Origin: the human T2T-CHM13v2.0 reference genome, Homo sapiens
Length of the DNA stretch: 64,000 nt
Reading direction: 5' to 3' (one strand)
Assembly (NCBI RefSeq): GCF_009914755.1
Contig: NC_060930.1
Below are positions 41,701 through 57,900 of this stretch, piece by piece. The first letter of the stretch is position 1. Every line of letters begins with the position of its first letter. The position numbers and the translations under genes are program-made. Below the pieces are notes generated by a model, which searched no databases, was not told where the DNA came from, and saw nothing but the letters and a program-made list of their open reading frames with translations.

Positions 41701-43908
41701 TTTTGTTTATTTTAAAGGAGAAATGTATACAGTTATTAAAGCATTTTAGCTTTTCTAAATTCTGCTTCAAAGTATTGTATCATGTATATCATGACAAACA
41801 TGTAGATGGAAGAATATAGTACTTTTGTTTACATGCTGGTTGAAAGAGGCATCAAGTTAAGAGTAATCATTTGCATTTTCCTTTTACACTTTTGCTTGTA
41901 AGTGTAGCAATATATCTTTGCTGATTATAAAGGCATTTGCTGACCTACCCACCACTTTGCCTAGCACAAAAAAATTCAATATTCATTAATCATACAAACA
42001 TGAGCTTATATTAAATGTGCAATAGATGTTAAGATAATCTATGTTAATTCACTCTCCATTTAGGAAAACAAAATTTTACCTATCAATATCTAGTAAATAA
42101 TAGGGTAATAATTAATTCTATATTTTACACAAAAGGCAAATTCAGTAACTCTTGATCATTCCTAGCATCACAAAATAAAATGTGTCCCATCAAGTAGTGT
42201 GTAGTAGATGACGGATTTTTCGTTAGTTATAGTAACGTATAAAACCCTTCTGTATGTTGCAGTTCTCTCCCATGTAACTCATTAAAAGCAGTGTCAGTTA
42301 AAGGCTCTTGCACATCTGACAGCAGTAGGAAATACCTCCGTAACTTCCCCACTGACACTTACCTGTTCTCTCTGTTGATTTATACCAACTGAATTTTCTC
42401 ATGCCAGATACTTAAAAATTCCAAAACATATAAATGATGGAATCATAAGGTTTGATAGATAGGGCTAACACATCATTTGGACCAGCCTTTTATCTCTGAT
42501 GCAAAGAAGGTCAGATGATTATCTAGCTAATTTATTTCAAAATTGTATTTATGTGAAGTGCATAATTTATTTCTTATTGTTTAATATTTGAAATAATTAT
42601 TACCCTTCTGCTGGGAAAAAATATATTAAAATATAATTCAGTTACCATAGGAAAACAACTGGAAGTTGAGTATATTGTCTACCATCATCAGATCTTGCAC
42701 TGCAGCAAAATTATCCCTGCTGTAATGATAGAAAATTGCATGGATATTTACTGAGCATTCACTATGTGACAATCCCCAAAATAAAAGTTATTCTTCTAAA
42801 CCAATATGTTCTGAGTTTAGACAGGTAATAAAAATATAAAATTTCATAGATCTATCATTTTAGTTGCTTTGTTTTAATGCCTCAAATTAAGAGTCACAAA
42901 AGGCACTTCCATTTTGTGGTTTGCTAAAATTAACATATCATAGAAAATGTTTAAATATGTGTGCTAATAACATAGCACTAATTAGTGTCTCTCTTGTTAA
43001 GAATTTCTTATTTAGTTGTTACTGGAATCACAACAACTTCATGGATATTTTAATATTAAAAATGTTATAATTGTCTACCCCTTAAAGTTTTTACTGAGAC
43101 CATGTAAGCCCTGAAAAATTCCAAGAAAAATAAGCATATATAGAAAATAGTCTTTGCAGCCATCTCCAGGAGTAGAGAACAGAAGAATTGCTAAAGGAGA
43201 GTGAGACTTTCCAAGATGAGGACCTCACCTGCGAACAGCTGAGCCAAGATTGCAGATAAAAAAGACCCCACAGATTTTTCTTCAACATAAAATGCATTTA
43301 AAGCAGAAAACTGCAATGACCACAAATGGGACAGCCACCAAACAAAAATAGGAGGTGAAACCTGAGATTATAAAGAATATTAACGTAATTTTTAATAGTT
43401 AAAAATTAAATTATTTCATTACTTAATATTTTATAACATAGGCCTACTAATACTATGTAAAGTTGATAAATAAGAAAATTTATTTTAAAAAATATAATAT
43501 AAAGTCAATAAGCTAAACAAAAAACATCTAAAATTAAATCTCCATTTGATTCAAGCATCAGACTACACAATGTGAGCTACAAGATCTGGTATTAGGTAAG
43601 AGTGGCCTTTGTTTCTCTTGACAAGAACAAAGTAATAAAACACAATGTTTTAGATATTTTTGACACATTTGAGAGAATTATCTACCAGATAGAATATGAA
43701 TAGAGATGACTGAAGGGATAAAGGATTACAGAATTCAGGTCAAGTTGGGAATGACTGAGAAAATTCAAGAAACATGGAAATTATTTTGTCAGACATTTCT
43801 TCTTTCATTATACATGAGAAAAGTAAAATCTGAAGCCATTTTTAGAAATAAAGTTTCTTTATATTACCTTGTTCAGTTGAAAAAGAAATATGGCAAATGT
43901 ACACATAG

Positions 43909-43910
<2 letters not shown>

Positions 43911-43946
<36 letters not shown>
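43911..43946. repeat. (GT)18 microsatellite
   Basis: Directly visible. Confidence 0.97.
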
Positions 43947-43954
<8 letters not shown>

Positions 43955-45159
43955 TGGTCATGGTGTGAAGATGTGCAGCCGCTCCCAGTCATATGTGGTG
44001 TATGGTAATGATGAGGAGGCAGGAGTTGTTCTTCAGCACCCTTGAGGGCATTGGCAAAAGGAAAATAATAAGCCCCTGAGAGTCCATATCCCTTTAGCAG
44101 TATATGAATTTAATATAATGGAAAAAGAAGTTAAAGTCAGAGATGGAAACAGGTAACGCTATGCAAAGATGGAACGAAACATAAAAATCTGCTTCTCTAG
44201 TAGTAAATTTGATAATATAAACAATCATATTTTGTCTACAAATTATTAAGCATAGAATATATAATGATAATTATAACAGTCACTGGTTCAGCCACCATCT
44301 TCCTATGTTATATTTGGTATTATGAATGAATGAAATTGGCAATATGATTTAACAGTTGTGCCTTCAATGTCATGCTATTTAAAAATAGTGGTCAGAAAAC
44401 ATTTCTATCATATTTTTCACTGACATACCAGTAGTGGTATCAGATTATGCAAGCAAGTAGATGTTACATGAAACCAGATATTACCTCTTAATAAGCATGG
44501 GCAGGTTTCTGAGTTCTGTGTTTCAGTTTCCTCAGCTGTAAACTTGACAATTCTAACATTATTTCCTCATGTACATCAGTTGAGATAATATACTGAAACT
44601 GTCTGGTACCATCAAGGGAATATAGTGAGCGAGTCATAAGTAGCAGTGGAAAAAAAGAAGAAGAATAGAGTAAGAAAAAGAAGATTGGAATGCCAGTGTT
44701 AAGAATACACACACACATAACACAATTTTAGGTTTCTATTTATTTTCTGAAGTCATTTTTAGACCAAAGACTCTTTGAACCATTTTATTTTTGTGTAATC
44801 AGAACAAACTACTAGTACAAGGCCTGTCTCTCCTCTGAAAGGGACATAATTATAGTACTTAACTCTTAGACTGGTGAAGATTGGCTTACTAAGCATATGG
44901 AAAGTGCTTAGAGCAGGTCCTGGAATAAATGTTTCATAAATGTTAGTTATTGCTACCTTTTGTAATATTTTCAACCCCATAAAAACATTCAAGTTAGAGA
45001 CACAAACTTCTAACCCCTATAAAACAAAAAGTACAGAAAGAAAAATAAATTAATAGATGTGATTTGGAAAGTATTATTCCTATTTAACATTTGCTTTTCT
45101 TTCAAATTTTATATTTAGATCTGCTTTTTCTGACCTGTGCCAAATTATTTAAATAAAAA

Positions 45160-45370
45160 TAATAATAACATAAGTAGCACTTATTGAGTTCTTATGTCTA
45201 GGCATTTTCCTGAGTACTTTACTTGATTTATAGGATTTAATCCTCCCAGCGTTAGATAGAAGTAGGTATAGTAATTCTTGCACTATTGCAGAAGAGGAAA
45301 TTGAAGCTCAGAGTTAAGTAATTTGTCCCATGTCATAGGGCCAGTAAGTTAAAAGAGCTGAAATCAAAAG
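45160..45370 (-). mobile_element. MIR
   Basis: ttattgagttcttatg...atttaatcctc...gaggaaattgaagctcagagttaagtaatttgtcc. Confidence 0.7.
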
Positions 45371-45977
45371 ATAGTTACAATTAAACGCTCCTCAGTTAAA
45401 GTGTATATTCCCCTATTCAAACAATCCCTAAAGATCTTCAGTTTCCAAGTAATGATGAATAATCTAATACCCAATGGCCAGGTAAGAGAAATTTAGGAGT
45501 TGTTGAAATGAGCCTATGAAAGTTTCTGGCCTACTTGTTCTTCTATTCAAAACCCAGCTATATAATTTGTTGTTAGCCAGTAAGAAGCCTTAAGCTATCT
45601 AAAAAAAAAGGTTTGTATTTCTACTGAAGAGGTTATACATTTTTTACTACTTCTACTAAACTAATCCAGAAATAAACATACTAAATTTATAGAAAGTTGT
45701 CAAAAACCCCTAGAATTCTATAAGCATTGAAGATATATTCCCTAACACTGCAATTACACACTTCAGTTAAATTCTGAATAAGTAGCTTAGTATAATATTA
45801 AAATATTACTCCATTTTTATTGGATAATCATTCTAAAATGAAGCTCTATATTTCTAGTTTTAAGCTAGCAGGCAGCTTAACTAGGCCATTCAAAAAAAAA
45901 AAAAGCCCATTGTATATGAATAGGGGGCAGTGGCCTGCTTCCCAAAATCCCTGTGACAGAGAAACCAGAAACAATTC

Positions 45978-46286
45978 TTTTTTTTTTTTCACTTTTTTTT
46001 AAATTATACTTTAAGTTTTAGGGTACATGTGCACAACGTGCAAGTTTGTTACATATACATACACGTGCCATGTTGGTGTGCTGCACCCATTAACTCGTCA
46101 TTTAACATTAGGTATATCTCCTAATACTATCCCTCCCCCCTCCCTTTGTAGGGACATGGATGAAGCTGGAAACCATCATTCTCAGCAAACTATTGCAAGG
46201 ACAAAAAACCATACACCGCATGTTCTCACTCATAGGTGGGAATTGAGCAATGAGAACACATGGACACAGGAAGGGAAGATCACACA
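45978..46286 (-). mobile_element. L1PA (PA4/5-like) short insertion with 5' inversion
   Basis: 45978-~46141 antisense 3' end with T tail; ~46143-46286 sense ORF2 end/3' UTR; TSD CCAGAAACAA(T/C)TCTT at 45965-45979 and 46287-46301. Confidence 0.92.
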
Positions 46287-46674
46287 CCAGAAACAACTCT
46301 TAAAGTTCAGGAAACAAAGTGCTTAATGATCTGACCTTCTCTCTGTTTTTCTTCAGTTTTTTTTTGTTTGTTTGTTTGTTTTTGTTTTTTTTTTTTTCAC
46401 TTCCACCTTTGAACCAGTCTCAACATCATGTCAATCCAATCATTTCTCCATATCCATAGATTTGAGAGACTGTAGGAAGTATTTCCAATATTTTTCCCTC
46501 TCAATTCCCCACAATTTATACTTTTACATGCTATAACAAAATGCTGCACATATCTCTCCAAGGAAAATACTATTTCTTATGAGAATACTAAGTAATAATG
46601 GTAATAAAAGCTAATATTTACTGAGTGCTCACTGGGTGTTAAATACACCCTTGAAAAGGCATCATCCCATTTCT

Positions 46675-46755
46675 TTTCACTGAGGTTTACTGTGGTATAA
46701 TTTTTATTCAGTAACACTCATACCTTTTTAGAGGTACAGTGTTTTTTTTGTGTGT

Positions 46756-46805
<50 letters not shown>

Positions 46806-46935
46806 TTTCAAATTACTACAATGGACATAGAATACATCCATCACACCCATAAGTTCTCTTGTTCCCCTTTGTGGTCAATTTCTCCCGCCACCCACAACCC
46901 CTTTGCAACCCCAAATCTGTTACCTATCTTTATTG
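46675..46935 (-). mobile_element. Old L1 3' end containing (TG)n (46750-46804), splitting a MIR
   Basis: tgtggtataattt...tagaatacatccatcacacc...cccctttgtggtcaat; MIR-like sequence at ~46595-46670 and ~46945-47020. Confidence 0.55.
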
Positions 46936-48780
46936 GCTAGAAGTTAGTAAGTGGCTCTAAGTGGTGGAACCCATATTGAATTCCACAGCTGTCTGACTCT
47001 GCAACTCTTACTCCTAGATATTCTATGCTTCTATCTCTTCAGAAGATAATTTTCCTTATTAATTCATGAATGATCTTAAAGAAGCTCTTTGAATTTGCTT
47101 ATTTTATTTTTAAATTAATATAATCAAACATAGTAAGTTATAGGGTGAGGTGAATTAAAACATAATACTAAAGTGTGGATATAACCAACTTAGTAATTGG
47201 TAAAACTATGGTAAGTAGGGAAAAATATAAAGTTGAACATTGCAGCATGGCAGGATCATTCTCAACATATCAATGTCTGTGTTTTCCTTAATAGTTTCTC
47301 TTTCTCCCTGTTCAAAGGGGTATTAAAAGCAGGCCTTTTGAAATTCTATGCCTCAGGATGTTTTGCAGAAAAAATCACAGAGACAGTCAAACTCCTTTAA
47401 AAACTGGAGACTCAGAGGAGATGATACTATGTGTATGAGTAGGAGAAAGAGAAGTACTTTGGGGAACAAGGTAAAAAGCAGGCTTTCTAAAATGAGGTAA
47501 AAGACAGGAGTTGAGAAGTTCTAGAATAGCTGAGATCTTTGTATCGCTTAGTGGCAGCAACCCACAGAGCTTACAAAGTTTGATGTTTCATCAAGAAAGA
47601 GAAAATATTTGTCACTATGGTTTCTCTGATATCTATGAATCAAAAGTGTTGCAGAAGTAGCTATGCTGCCAAATTATAAATGCCCATACAAACGGAGAAG
47701 TTCATGTCTTGTTGGTAACCTGTGGGCTGACAAAAGACCTATGGTCTACTGACATTTACCATGTATTATACACGCATTAACACGTCTAAACCTCTCAACC
47801 CGATGGTATTAGAATTTATCCCATTTCAAAACTGAGAGAACAAAGACAAAGAAATGCAAGATTTTTTGCTCGAATTCACACAGTATCTAAAGAACAAACA
47901 CACAATTTGAACCCAAACAAGTTCTATCCGGAAAGCTTATGTTATAGTGCCTAAATCAACCTAAATTTCAGGGACTTTTCTTTAGTCTGAAAGAGGAAAA
48001 TTAATATAAACACGATTGACATTTTGGAAAATTTCCTCAAATATAGGATTGAATTTTGATTTATTAAAATAGTTAGAAAAATGTGGTATTCCTTATGCCA
48101 CTGTGTGTGTAGACATAAAGGTATTTCCAATACATTAGCAGTATAAAATTTGATACCCTTGTAAGAACCACTTAAGCATTTCAGAGGAATTTTTCATGTT
48201 ATTAAAAATGAATAACTTATTACTTGAACATAAATTTTGTTTATCAGTGATCAATATTAATAAGTAATTCTTGTTTCCTTTTTTCCTTCAAAACTTAAGA
48301 ATGAAGTCTCTTTTTATAATAATGTGACACAATTTAAATTAATTGAATAGATGTTACATCAGCATGGCTGGTATGGGTAATTTATGTATTCTAGCCATAC
48401 CATTTTCCCTCAGCCTTAAGGTTCTACTGTACTTATTTATTCCCTTCTGATAAAATAACATATTTCTTTTGTAATTACAAAATGGCTTTTATTTTATTCT
48501 TATAATAAGGCATTTATTGGTTTATTTGTTCTTCAATGATCTAACAAATCTATGTGGGGAGCCCACAATATGTCTGACATTCCTTAGGTATTGGACATAA
48601 AAAGATGAAGATATATTTGTAACTTCCAAAAGTGTCCAGTCTTCTTGGGTGATAGGTAAATAAATAACTAAAATAAAAAGTAATTAAAAATAATAAGATA
48701 AAAAGGCTATGTTCATTTGCTCATTCAACAAATATTTATTGATTATATATGTACTATTCCAGGGCCCTGGGGACAAAAAA

Positions 48781-48820
48781 GATAGATAGATAGATGATAG
48801 ATGATAAATAATAGATAGAT

Positions 48821-48870
<50 letters not shown>
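48781..48870. repeat. (GATA)n tetranucleotide STR within an L2 remnant
   Basis: Directly visible; L2-like attcaacaaatatttattga upstream. Confidence 0.95.
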
Positions 48871-48872
<2 letters not shown>

Positions 48873-49007
48873 GAATATAAAAACAAATCCTTGCCCTCTT
48901 AGATTTTTATTTGAGGTGAGACCATCAAGAAACGAACAATGTTAGGTGATGGAAAGTGTCACAGAGAAAAAACACCTTAAAGGAGTACTGCCTAGTGACA
49001 ATGTGAC

Positions 49008-49385
49008 TGTGAGGAAAGAGTTAACATAGCAGGTCTGATTGGTCAGTCCTTGAATGGCTCCTAGGGAATCTGCAAACCTGATTGACTCTTGGTCAACCCC
49101 TGGGAATGTGACCCTAAATTTTTTTCTGTTACTTATTTATTATGTTGTATAAGCTTAGAGCAATTAGTCATGCTTCAACAGATTATCAGATTTATCCAGA
49201 TTGTTTTGTACATCCTGATTGTTGATATACCTTCTTTCATTGCTGAGGTCCTGAGTTTCTCTTATCATGCTAGATGGTCAACTTCACGTAAAATCCCTGG
49301 GTGCTGAGACTCAAGCATGCTTCCCTGGGTACAGATACTTCACACAAATGCCTGGCTATGTTTGGGGAAGGATCCTAGGATCATG
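49008..49385 (+). mobile_element. ERVL LTR fragment, MER68/MER77-like
   Basis: tgtgaggaaagagttaacatagcagg start; aaaatccctgggtgctgagactc...gcttccctgg. Confidence 0.55.
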
Positions 49386-50697
<1,312 letters not shown>

Positions 50698-52184
50698 CCA
50701 GGATCATGGTGCTATGAAAATGCTCCTAGAGATGACACATTTTGGGGCTGGGCACTGAGGGGAAGGTGCTATGTCTGGCTTGCATTACCTTCTGTGATAA
50801 TTGATTGTTACCTGCAGTTCTTTCTAAAATGCTGGGTCACACTTCCATTTCAGCTTGGAGTGACCATGCCACTTCCTGCCAGCCAGCTACAACTGATTAG
50901 AACAATGTAGACAATGGCCCTCAAATGGATCCAATTGACTTTTTTTTTTTTTGAGGATTAGGATTTAGGAAAAAGTGAGTCTCAGCAGTAAGATTTAAGT
51001 ATGAGGGGAAGTATATCTTCACAAATAAAAAGGCTATTTTCTGTAAACTAAAGGAGAAAATCTAGACTGCAGAAAGAGAGAGGAAAGAGGATATAAATAG
51101 TAATCAGGATGAGAAACTAATCAGCCACAGTATCTGGGGCTCATGAAGCCAGAGGGGTAGTTCTGGTTTGTGAGACCAATCTGTGCCTTTGGACTTGAGT
51201 CTTGTAACAATTTTGTATCTTTCAATGATTTCATAACTAATTTTAATAGGTTTCTTTTCCCTAAAGCAAAATCATCCTTAATGGGTTTGGATCCATTTTA
51301 AGTAACTACATATACTATGAATGACTGCGTAAACTATGCCAAGAAATTTGCAGATTATTCTATATAAAACTGAATAATAGTACCCTTTTAAAAAAATGTA
51401 ATTGGAGAAAGACAATTCTAACAATAAAGTAGCAAATGAAAGAGATGGAGGAGAAACTAGATAAAAAGTGAACTATTAGGAAGAAATCTTAGAATTACAA
51501 GGAAATACTAGTTTTCATGGTTCATAAAAGAATAAAGTTTGGAAGCATTCTTACAAATTTCAGACTGAATACAAGTTGTATATTGATTTCTAACACTTGA
51601 AAAAAATCACTAGGGTGTTTGCCTTCAAATGTTTGCAGGTGTGGGTAATTAAAATACCACATTATTTTCATTTGATTGTGTAAGCATTCTCATGTCTACA
51701 AGTGATTCTAATCAACTTCATTGACTATGAGGGAGAATCCTCTATAATTAAGAAAACTTTATGTACAATTATTAGAGTTTAGAATAATTCATATTGCATT
51801 CCTAATTATTATTTTTATCTACTTTAACTTCCATTTTTCTTAGGGAATAATAATTTACTAAATGATCAAAATAGTTTTCATTCTTTTCTAATGAAACTAT
51901 TTAGGAATAAATAGAAAACAGTAAAGTATTTCAAAAATTAGCCACACATAATCATAATCGTAATCATAAGCCCACACATAATTATTTATTAAATAAAATA
52001 ACATTTCAAGTTTTTTAAAAAATTTATTCTTTATTAGATTTCTAGGGTCATTTTGGTATGAATAAATCTTCCTTCATCTTGCAAAGGATACACTGTGGCT
52101 AAGAGCGGTAAGTTTAGACTTGATCTAGTGATCAAGATGGTGTTATCCCAACCAGTCCATGGGAACATATATAATGTATAATAC

Positions 52185-52380
52185 AACTTAGTAGTGAAGA
52201 GAAAAGCTCTGGAGTTATAATCACCAAGATTCAAGCATTGATTAAATTTCCAAGGCTTAGTATCATCATCTATAAATCGAGGTTATAATTTTTACTTCAT
52301 AGAGTTATTGAGAATTAAATGAGGCAATATACATACAGATCCTGGTACATACTATATATTAAATGAATAATTGTCATTAC
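52185..52380 (+). mobile_element. MIR
   Basis: agtagtgaagagaaaagctctggagtt...cttagtatcatcatctataaa...cttcatagagttattgagaattaaatgag. Confidence 0.65.
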
Positions 52381-53126
52381 TATAATACTTATATAAATGG
52401 GCTTCTTCTCTGGGAGAGATTTTTATGGTATAGAAGCTAAGGTAATGTAATAAATTGCAATCATGATTCTTGCCCATTTTGAAAAAATAAAATGGCATTG
52501 ATGGTTAAAAAATATAAACGTTGAATTTCAAAGGACAGTTAACACAAATTAAACTAGTTCAACCTAACCATTTTGACTCTGGATCCAGTAGAACATAAAT
52601 TTCAAACAGAAATATTACAGGGTTTCATCTCCAGAAATTCCCAGACATAGATTTGAGGTGATTTCTAGGAATATTGAATACAATAAGTTAATTCTCAGGC
52701 AAGTCATTCTCAGCACCCTCTCCAAGTTACACCACAAGAATCTCAGATGTCTCAGAACAAATTCTAAGTCTTTTTCATCCACAAATTCAGTGCATGACTT
52801 TGTGTCTAACATGCACTAAGTACTCAATACATAATAATGAAATTATATAATTAATGATTAGCATACCAAAACCAAATTGATTAACATTGTTACTATTTTG
52901 TTAATTATCTCTACTGTGAGTTGTATGTAATTTGAATTTTTATTCCCACTTATGATAGAGAGCTTTACTTTCAAATTATTTTTTGTGATCTGTGACAAAA
53001 ATGGAAATAAGGCAAATTTATTTACTTTAAAAGATGAAAAAATTGAATGCCTTTTTTACTTAGATTTATACTCATTCTCAGACTTTTCAAAACATTTCAG
53101 ACATTAAGACTTGAAATTAACATTAA

Positions 53127-53728
53127 GACTGTAAACTAGTTCAACCATTGGAAGTCAGTGTGGCAATTCCTCAGGGATCTAGAACTAGAAATACCATTTG
53201 ACCCAGCCATCTCATTACTGGGTATATACCCAAAGGATTATAAATCATGTTGCTATAAAGACACATGCACACATATGTTTATTGCGGCACTATTCACAAT
53301 AGCAAAGACTTGGAACCAACCCAAATGTCCAACAATGACAGACTGGATTAAGAAAATGTGGCATATATACACCATGGAATACTATGCAGCCATAAAAAAT
53401 GATGAGTTCATGTCCTTTGTAGGGATATGGATGAAGCTGGAAACCATCATTCTCAGCAAAATATCGCAAGGACAAAAAACTGAACACCACATGTTCTCAC
53501 TCATAGGTGGGAATTGAACAATGAGAACACATGGACACAGGAAGGGGAACATCACACACGGGGGCCTGTTGTGGGGTCGGGGATGGGGAGGGATAGCATT
53601 TGGAGATATACCTAATGTTAAATTACGAGTTACTGGGTGCAGCACACCAACATGGCACATGTATACATATGTAACTAACCTGCATATTGTGCACATGTAC
53701 CCTAAAACTTAAAGTATAATAAAAAAAA
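53127..53728 (+). mobile_element. 5'-truncated L1PA (PA4/5-like): ORF2 C-terminus, 3' UTR and poly(A)
   Basis: ORF 53158..53517 is the ORF2 C-terminus (LELEIPFDPAI...CCYKDTCT...WNQPKCP...MFSLIGGN). Confidence 0.95.
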
Positions 53729-53734
53729 GAAAGA

Positions 53735-54450
53735 TGAAATAATTTCAACATACAACTGATATGAATTCCAGAATTAGAGAATAGAGATAATATGTAAGTA
53801 GATATTTTTAAGGCATGATGAAAAGATTTAAATATAAAAGAAAATTTTAAAAATTTAAAGAGAATTTAAAGGAAGAGAGAAAAAAATAGTTCGCAGAATG
53901 AAGCAGCACACAGAAAACCAAGGTAAATGAATAAATAATATGCCTATATCAGTTTACATTGTAGTGAAAATGCGCAACATGACACAAAGAAAAAAATATT
54001 CTAAAGTACCAAAGGAAGAAAATAAAGAGAAAAGAAAGACTGATTGTCTTCAAGGAAATTACAACCAATTTTACTGCAGTTTTCAGCAAAACATTTGAAG
54101 CTAGTATACAAAGTAATAATATTCTAAAAATGTTTAGAATACATAGTTGTCAATCTAGAAATCCATACTAAAATAAATACATTGACATGTGAAAGCTAAA
54201 TGAATATTTTCAGACGTTAAAAAATAACAAAACAGAAATGTTATATTTCATGGACCCTCACTGAAAAAATGATGAATGAAAATATGTTAGTAGGGAACAA
54301 AAAATAACTGAGAAAAAAGTTATAGATAAAAAAAGCAATAGTAAGCAAATAAATGGCTAAGACATTTTATTAAATCTTAATCAGTATTTACTGATTAAGG
54401 GGAAAAAAATCACTGGTATTATAGGTAGGGATTAAAGCAAGTATAATAAA
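53735..54450 (+). mobile_element. Ancient L1 ORF1-like / HAL1-like remnant
   Basis: A-rich with degenerate ORF1 C-terminal motifs (cattgtagtgaaaat...aaaaatattctaaa...tcaatctagaaatccatac). Confidence 0.45.
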
Positions 54451-54611
54451 ATTGAAAACAATATATTGAAAATGGGAAAAATAAATTAAGATAACCCTGT
54501 TGTACATTTTAAGTATGCATATAAAAAACCTTTATATTTAATTAGTAAATTTATTGTGTTTATATGTTTATATTAAAACATTTAAATGTAACCATTAAAC
54601 GTACATACTTG

Positions 54612-54900
<289 letters not shown>

Positions 54901-57900
54901 GATAAAATGAGACTAAAATTTAAATGGACGATAGGATGGGAACAATAATCAGAGAAAAATAGTAAATGTAAAAATCCAGATGTTAGTAATAATATATTTG
55001 TTCTACATTTACATAAAATTTACACAAAAACAGTATACTTGGAAATATAATTAACTAGGAGATACATAAAGAATGATCTATCTTTTTATCTTTATACATA
55101 TAAACTTATAGATCTCAAAAACACTAAGATGAATAAACAAGCTGTAGAATGAAAAGTATATCATGACACCATATCACGAGACTTCGAAAGAGATCCTGTT
55201 CTGTGTAGAGTCCTTGCGATCCACGATACACATATATGACAATCCAAAATGTTACTTATGTATACAAATAACACTAGTAAAAGTGTTACAACATGAATAC
55301 CAATCAGTCTCACGGTAAGGGTTGCTTTTGTGAAGGAAGGAGTGGAATAGGATTGAGCACAGGTACCAAGGGAACGTTACCTCCTCAACTTTATCTGTAA
55401 CACTTATTGACTCAAAAATAATTTTGAAATTATCAGGATGAAGCTGTAACATTTATTAGATTTTAGACTGTGGTTACATGGGTATTTGTAATATTAAGTT
55501 TTGGATTTTTTATGCATAGATATGTAATAATTATATGTTTTAATAAGAGCCTAAAATAATACACTGTTTTCCTTATTTATCTATGGAATACTGGAACATT
55601 AAGTTTCTTTAGTGAAACACCAAAGAAATAGAGTAACACATATCTTCTCCTAACTTCAATACAAACATTGTTATAATGCTTTATTTCTCAGATAAATAGT
55701 ACTATTTCCAACTTTGAAATAGGTACTTCACATGGAAAGTCAGACTACTTACAGGTGTCCTAAAATCCTAGACTGGCTTAGATCCAGTAGTATTTTGCCT
55801 ATTCCAAAATTGCAAGCATTATTTATGCCACGTGTATGAAACTACTGGTACATGTCAAAATTGCATCTTCCTTCCATTACCTCAATTCACTTGGGATCAT
55901 TTCACAATGACAAGTATCTGCTTCCCTACTAGCTTAGCTCTCCTAAATCAGGAGATGTCAGCTCTTAAAAAAAAAAATATGTCTCTTCATAAATGAAAAA
56001 TTCATCTGTGGGAGTTTCTTAGAGAAGCACTGTCATCCATGAAAGATGTAAGGCTCACTAGAATTATGAGTAAGAGTGAATGAGAAAGTTAAGAAACTAT
56101 ACATTTACAAGCAATAAAGGCCCAAATGAAATTAAATGTTAATGAGTCTGGCCTTAATTGAGTTTTACTCCCACCGCTAAACTCTTTAGTAAAATATATT
56201 ATCACATCATTTCTTTTATGATACATTAAAATCTGTACTATATTAAAACATTAGTTATTTTGTTACCTTTTTTAAAAAAAGTCTTGCTTCATTTCACAGT
56301 ATTGTTTATTTGTTAAGTGCATTATCACAACATTGTAGTTTGTCAGAATTCCTCAACCTAGGAAATGAGGGTTAATTTAGCTATTTTATTCACAGAAATT
56401 GCCTTTCCTGATTTGAGATTTTTTTTATTTTAATATAAGTCCTTGGTGAATTTCCCAGTAGACCTGTAATTCCACATTGGACCTTTTAATGTACATTGTG
56501 CCAGAGACATGGATTCAAAAGGGAAGCTGTCCTGTCCAAAGACTCTACATTTCAGTGAATTCTTCAGACCTATTGCTGTATCCCAGTGACCACAGTGATT
56601 GTCTGAGAGTAGCAATATGTCAAAAGTCAGCAAGTGATCCTTCACATTTGCCCTTTATTGAAGCAACTGTACATTGGGCTCAACTGAGTTCCCAAACAGC
56701 ACAACCTATGACAAGATCAAAGAATCCCAAGAACAGGGAACAAACCAATGCACTCTGCTGGTCAGCAGTCTAAGAGCTCAACTTATTTCATTAAAGTGCT
56801 ATATGGGCTACTGAGATTCTTCTTAGGTTCTAAAGACTGCTGCAATTTAAGCACATATATTTTAAATGAACATTTCAATGTAGCCTATTCTTCATGGTAT
56901 ACAGGGTATTTTAGAATCACAGATCTGAGGAAAGCATTTCTCTTTTCACAATTCTTGGACTGCTGTTTACTAGGTTTAGAATTCTGTCAGGGTTCTGTAG
57001 CACCTAACACTGTACCCTGCAGGTAGTTAGGTAATCAATACCTAAAAAAAATCATAAGCAAGTAAATAAGGATACTTCTTGAATAAATAAATGAGTACAA
57101 ATACACCTAATCATACTAAACCTCAGTCCCCTCATCTATAAAGGATGAGGGGGATCCCCAAGTTGAAGAATCATTATTAGAGAACGAAATAAGGTATGTA
57201 AGAAACCTAGAACTAAGTGGAAGCAAAAAATACACAACCTGAGCATTCTTCTATTATAACTTGGCTAGTAATACATTGATTCATATTAGTTTCTTTTCAA
57301 AATGTTATCTAAAACATGATGATTGTACACTGTAAAATTATGTTAAATTCTACCCTGTAAAGCATATTAGTAACATTTTCCTGTCACTTAACTTTGCATT
57401 TTGCTACTTTAACCTCAAAGTTTTGTCACTGTGTACATGTCATAACTTTCATAAAATGCAAAATACTAGCCACTTAGAGAACATTGTATTTATGAAGGCT
57501 CTGAACATCCCACGTTATTTCTATTTACCTCTAACCCTCCTTTGACCTTGTCACATTTTGGAGATAATGGTGAAAAGTCTAAATTTCTCCTGAAATAGTG
57601 AGATTGGCTCCTAGAGTAGAAAATACATTCATTTGACCAAAGGGATAAAACTGTACATTTTCCCCAAAACGCTGGCACAAACTCAGCCAGGGTGCAATAT
57701 CAGTACCAAAGTAGGCATTTGGGGTGGAGGAGACATAACACAATGTGCAGTCACTGGAGATTAAATGGCACTTCTTTTGGGGGGAATACTTTTGTCTTTC
57801 TTTTGGGACCTAAAACTGATGTCAGCATGCTTCATGACTGCATTTTTCTAACTATGGTTTAGAGATTGGGATTTATTTTAAAAATTAAAAAATGAATAAT

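Noticed and set aside
53158-53517. 119-aa ORF as a gene
   Set aside because: It is the L1 ORF2 C-terminus of a 5'-truncated element, without promoter or true ATG
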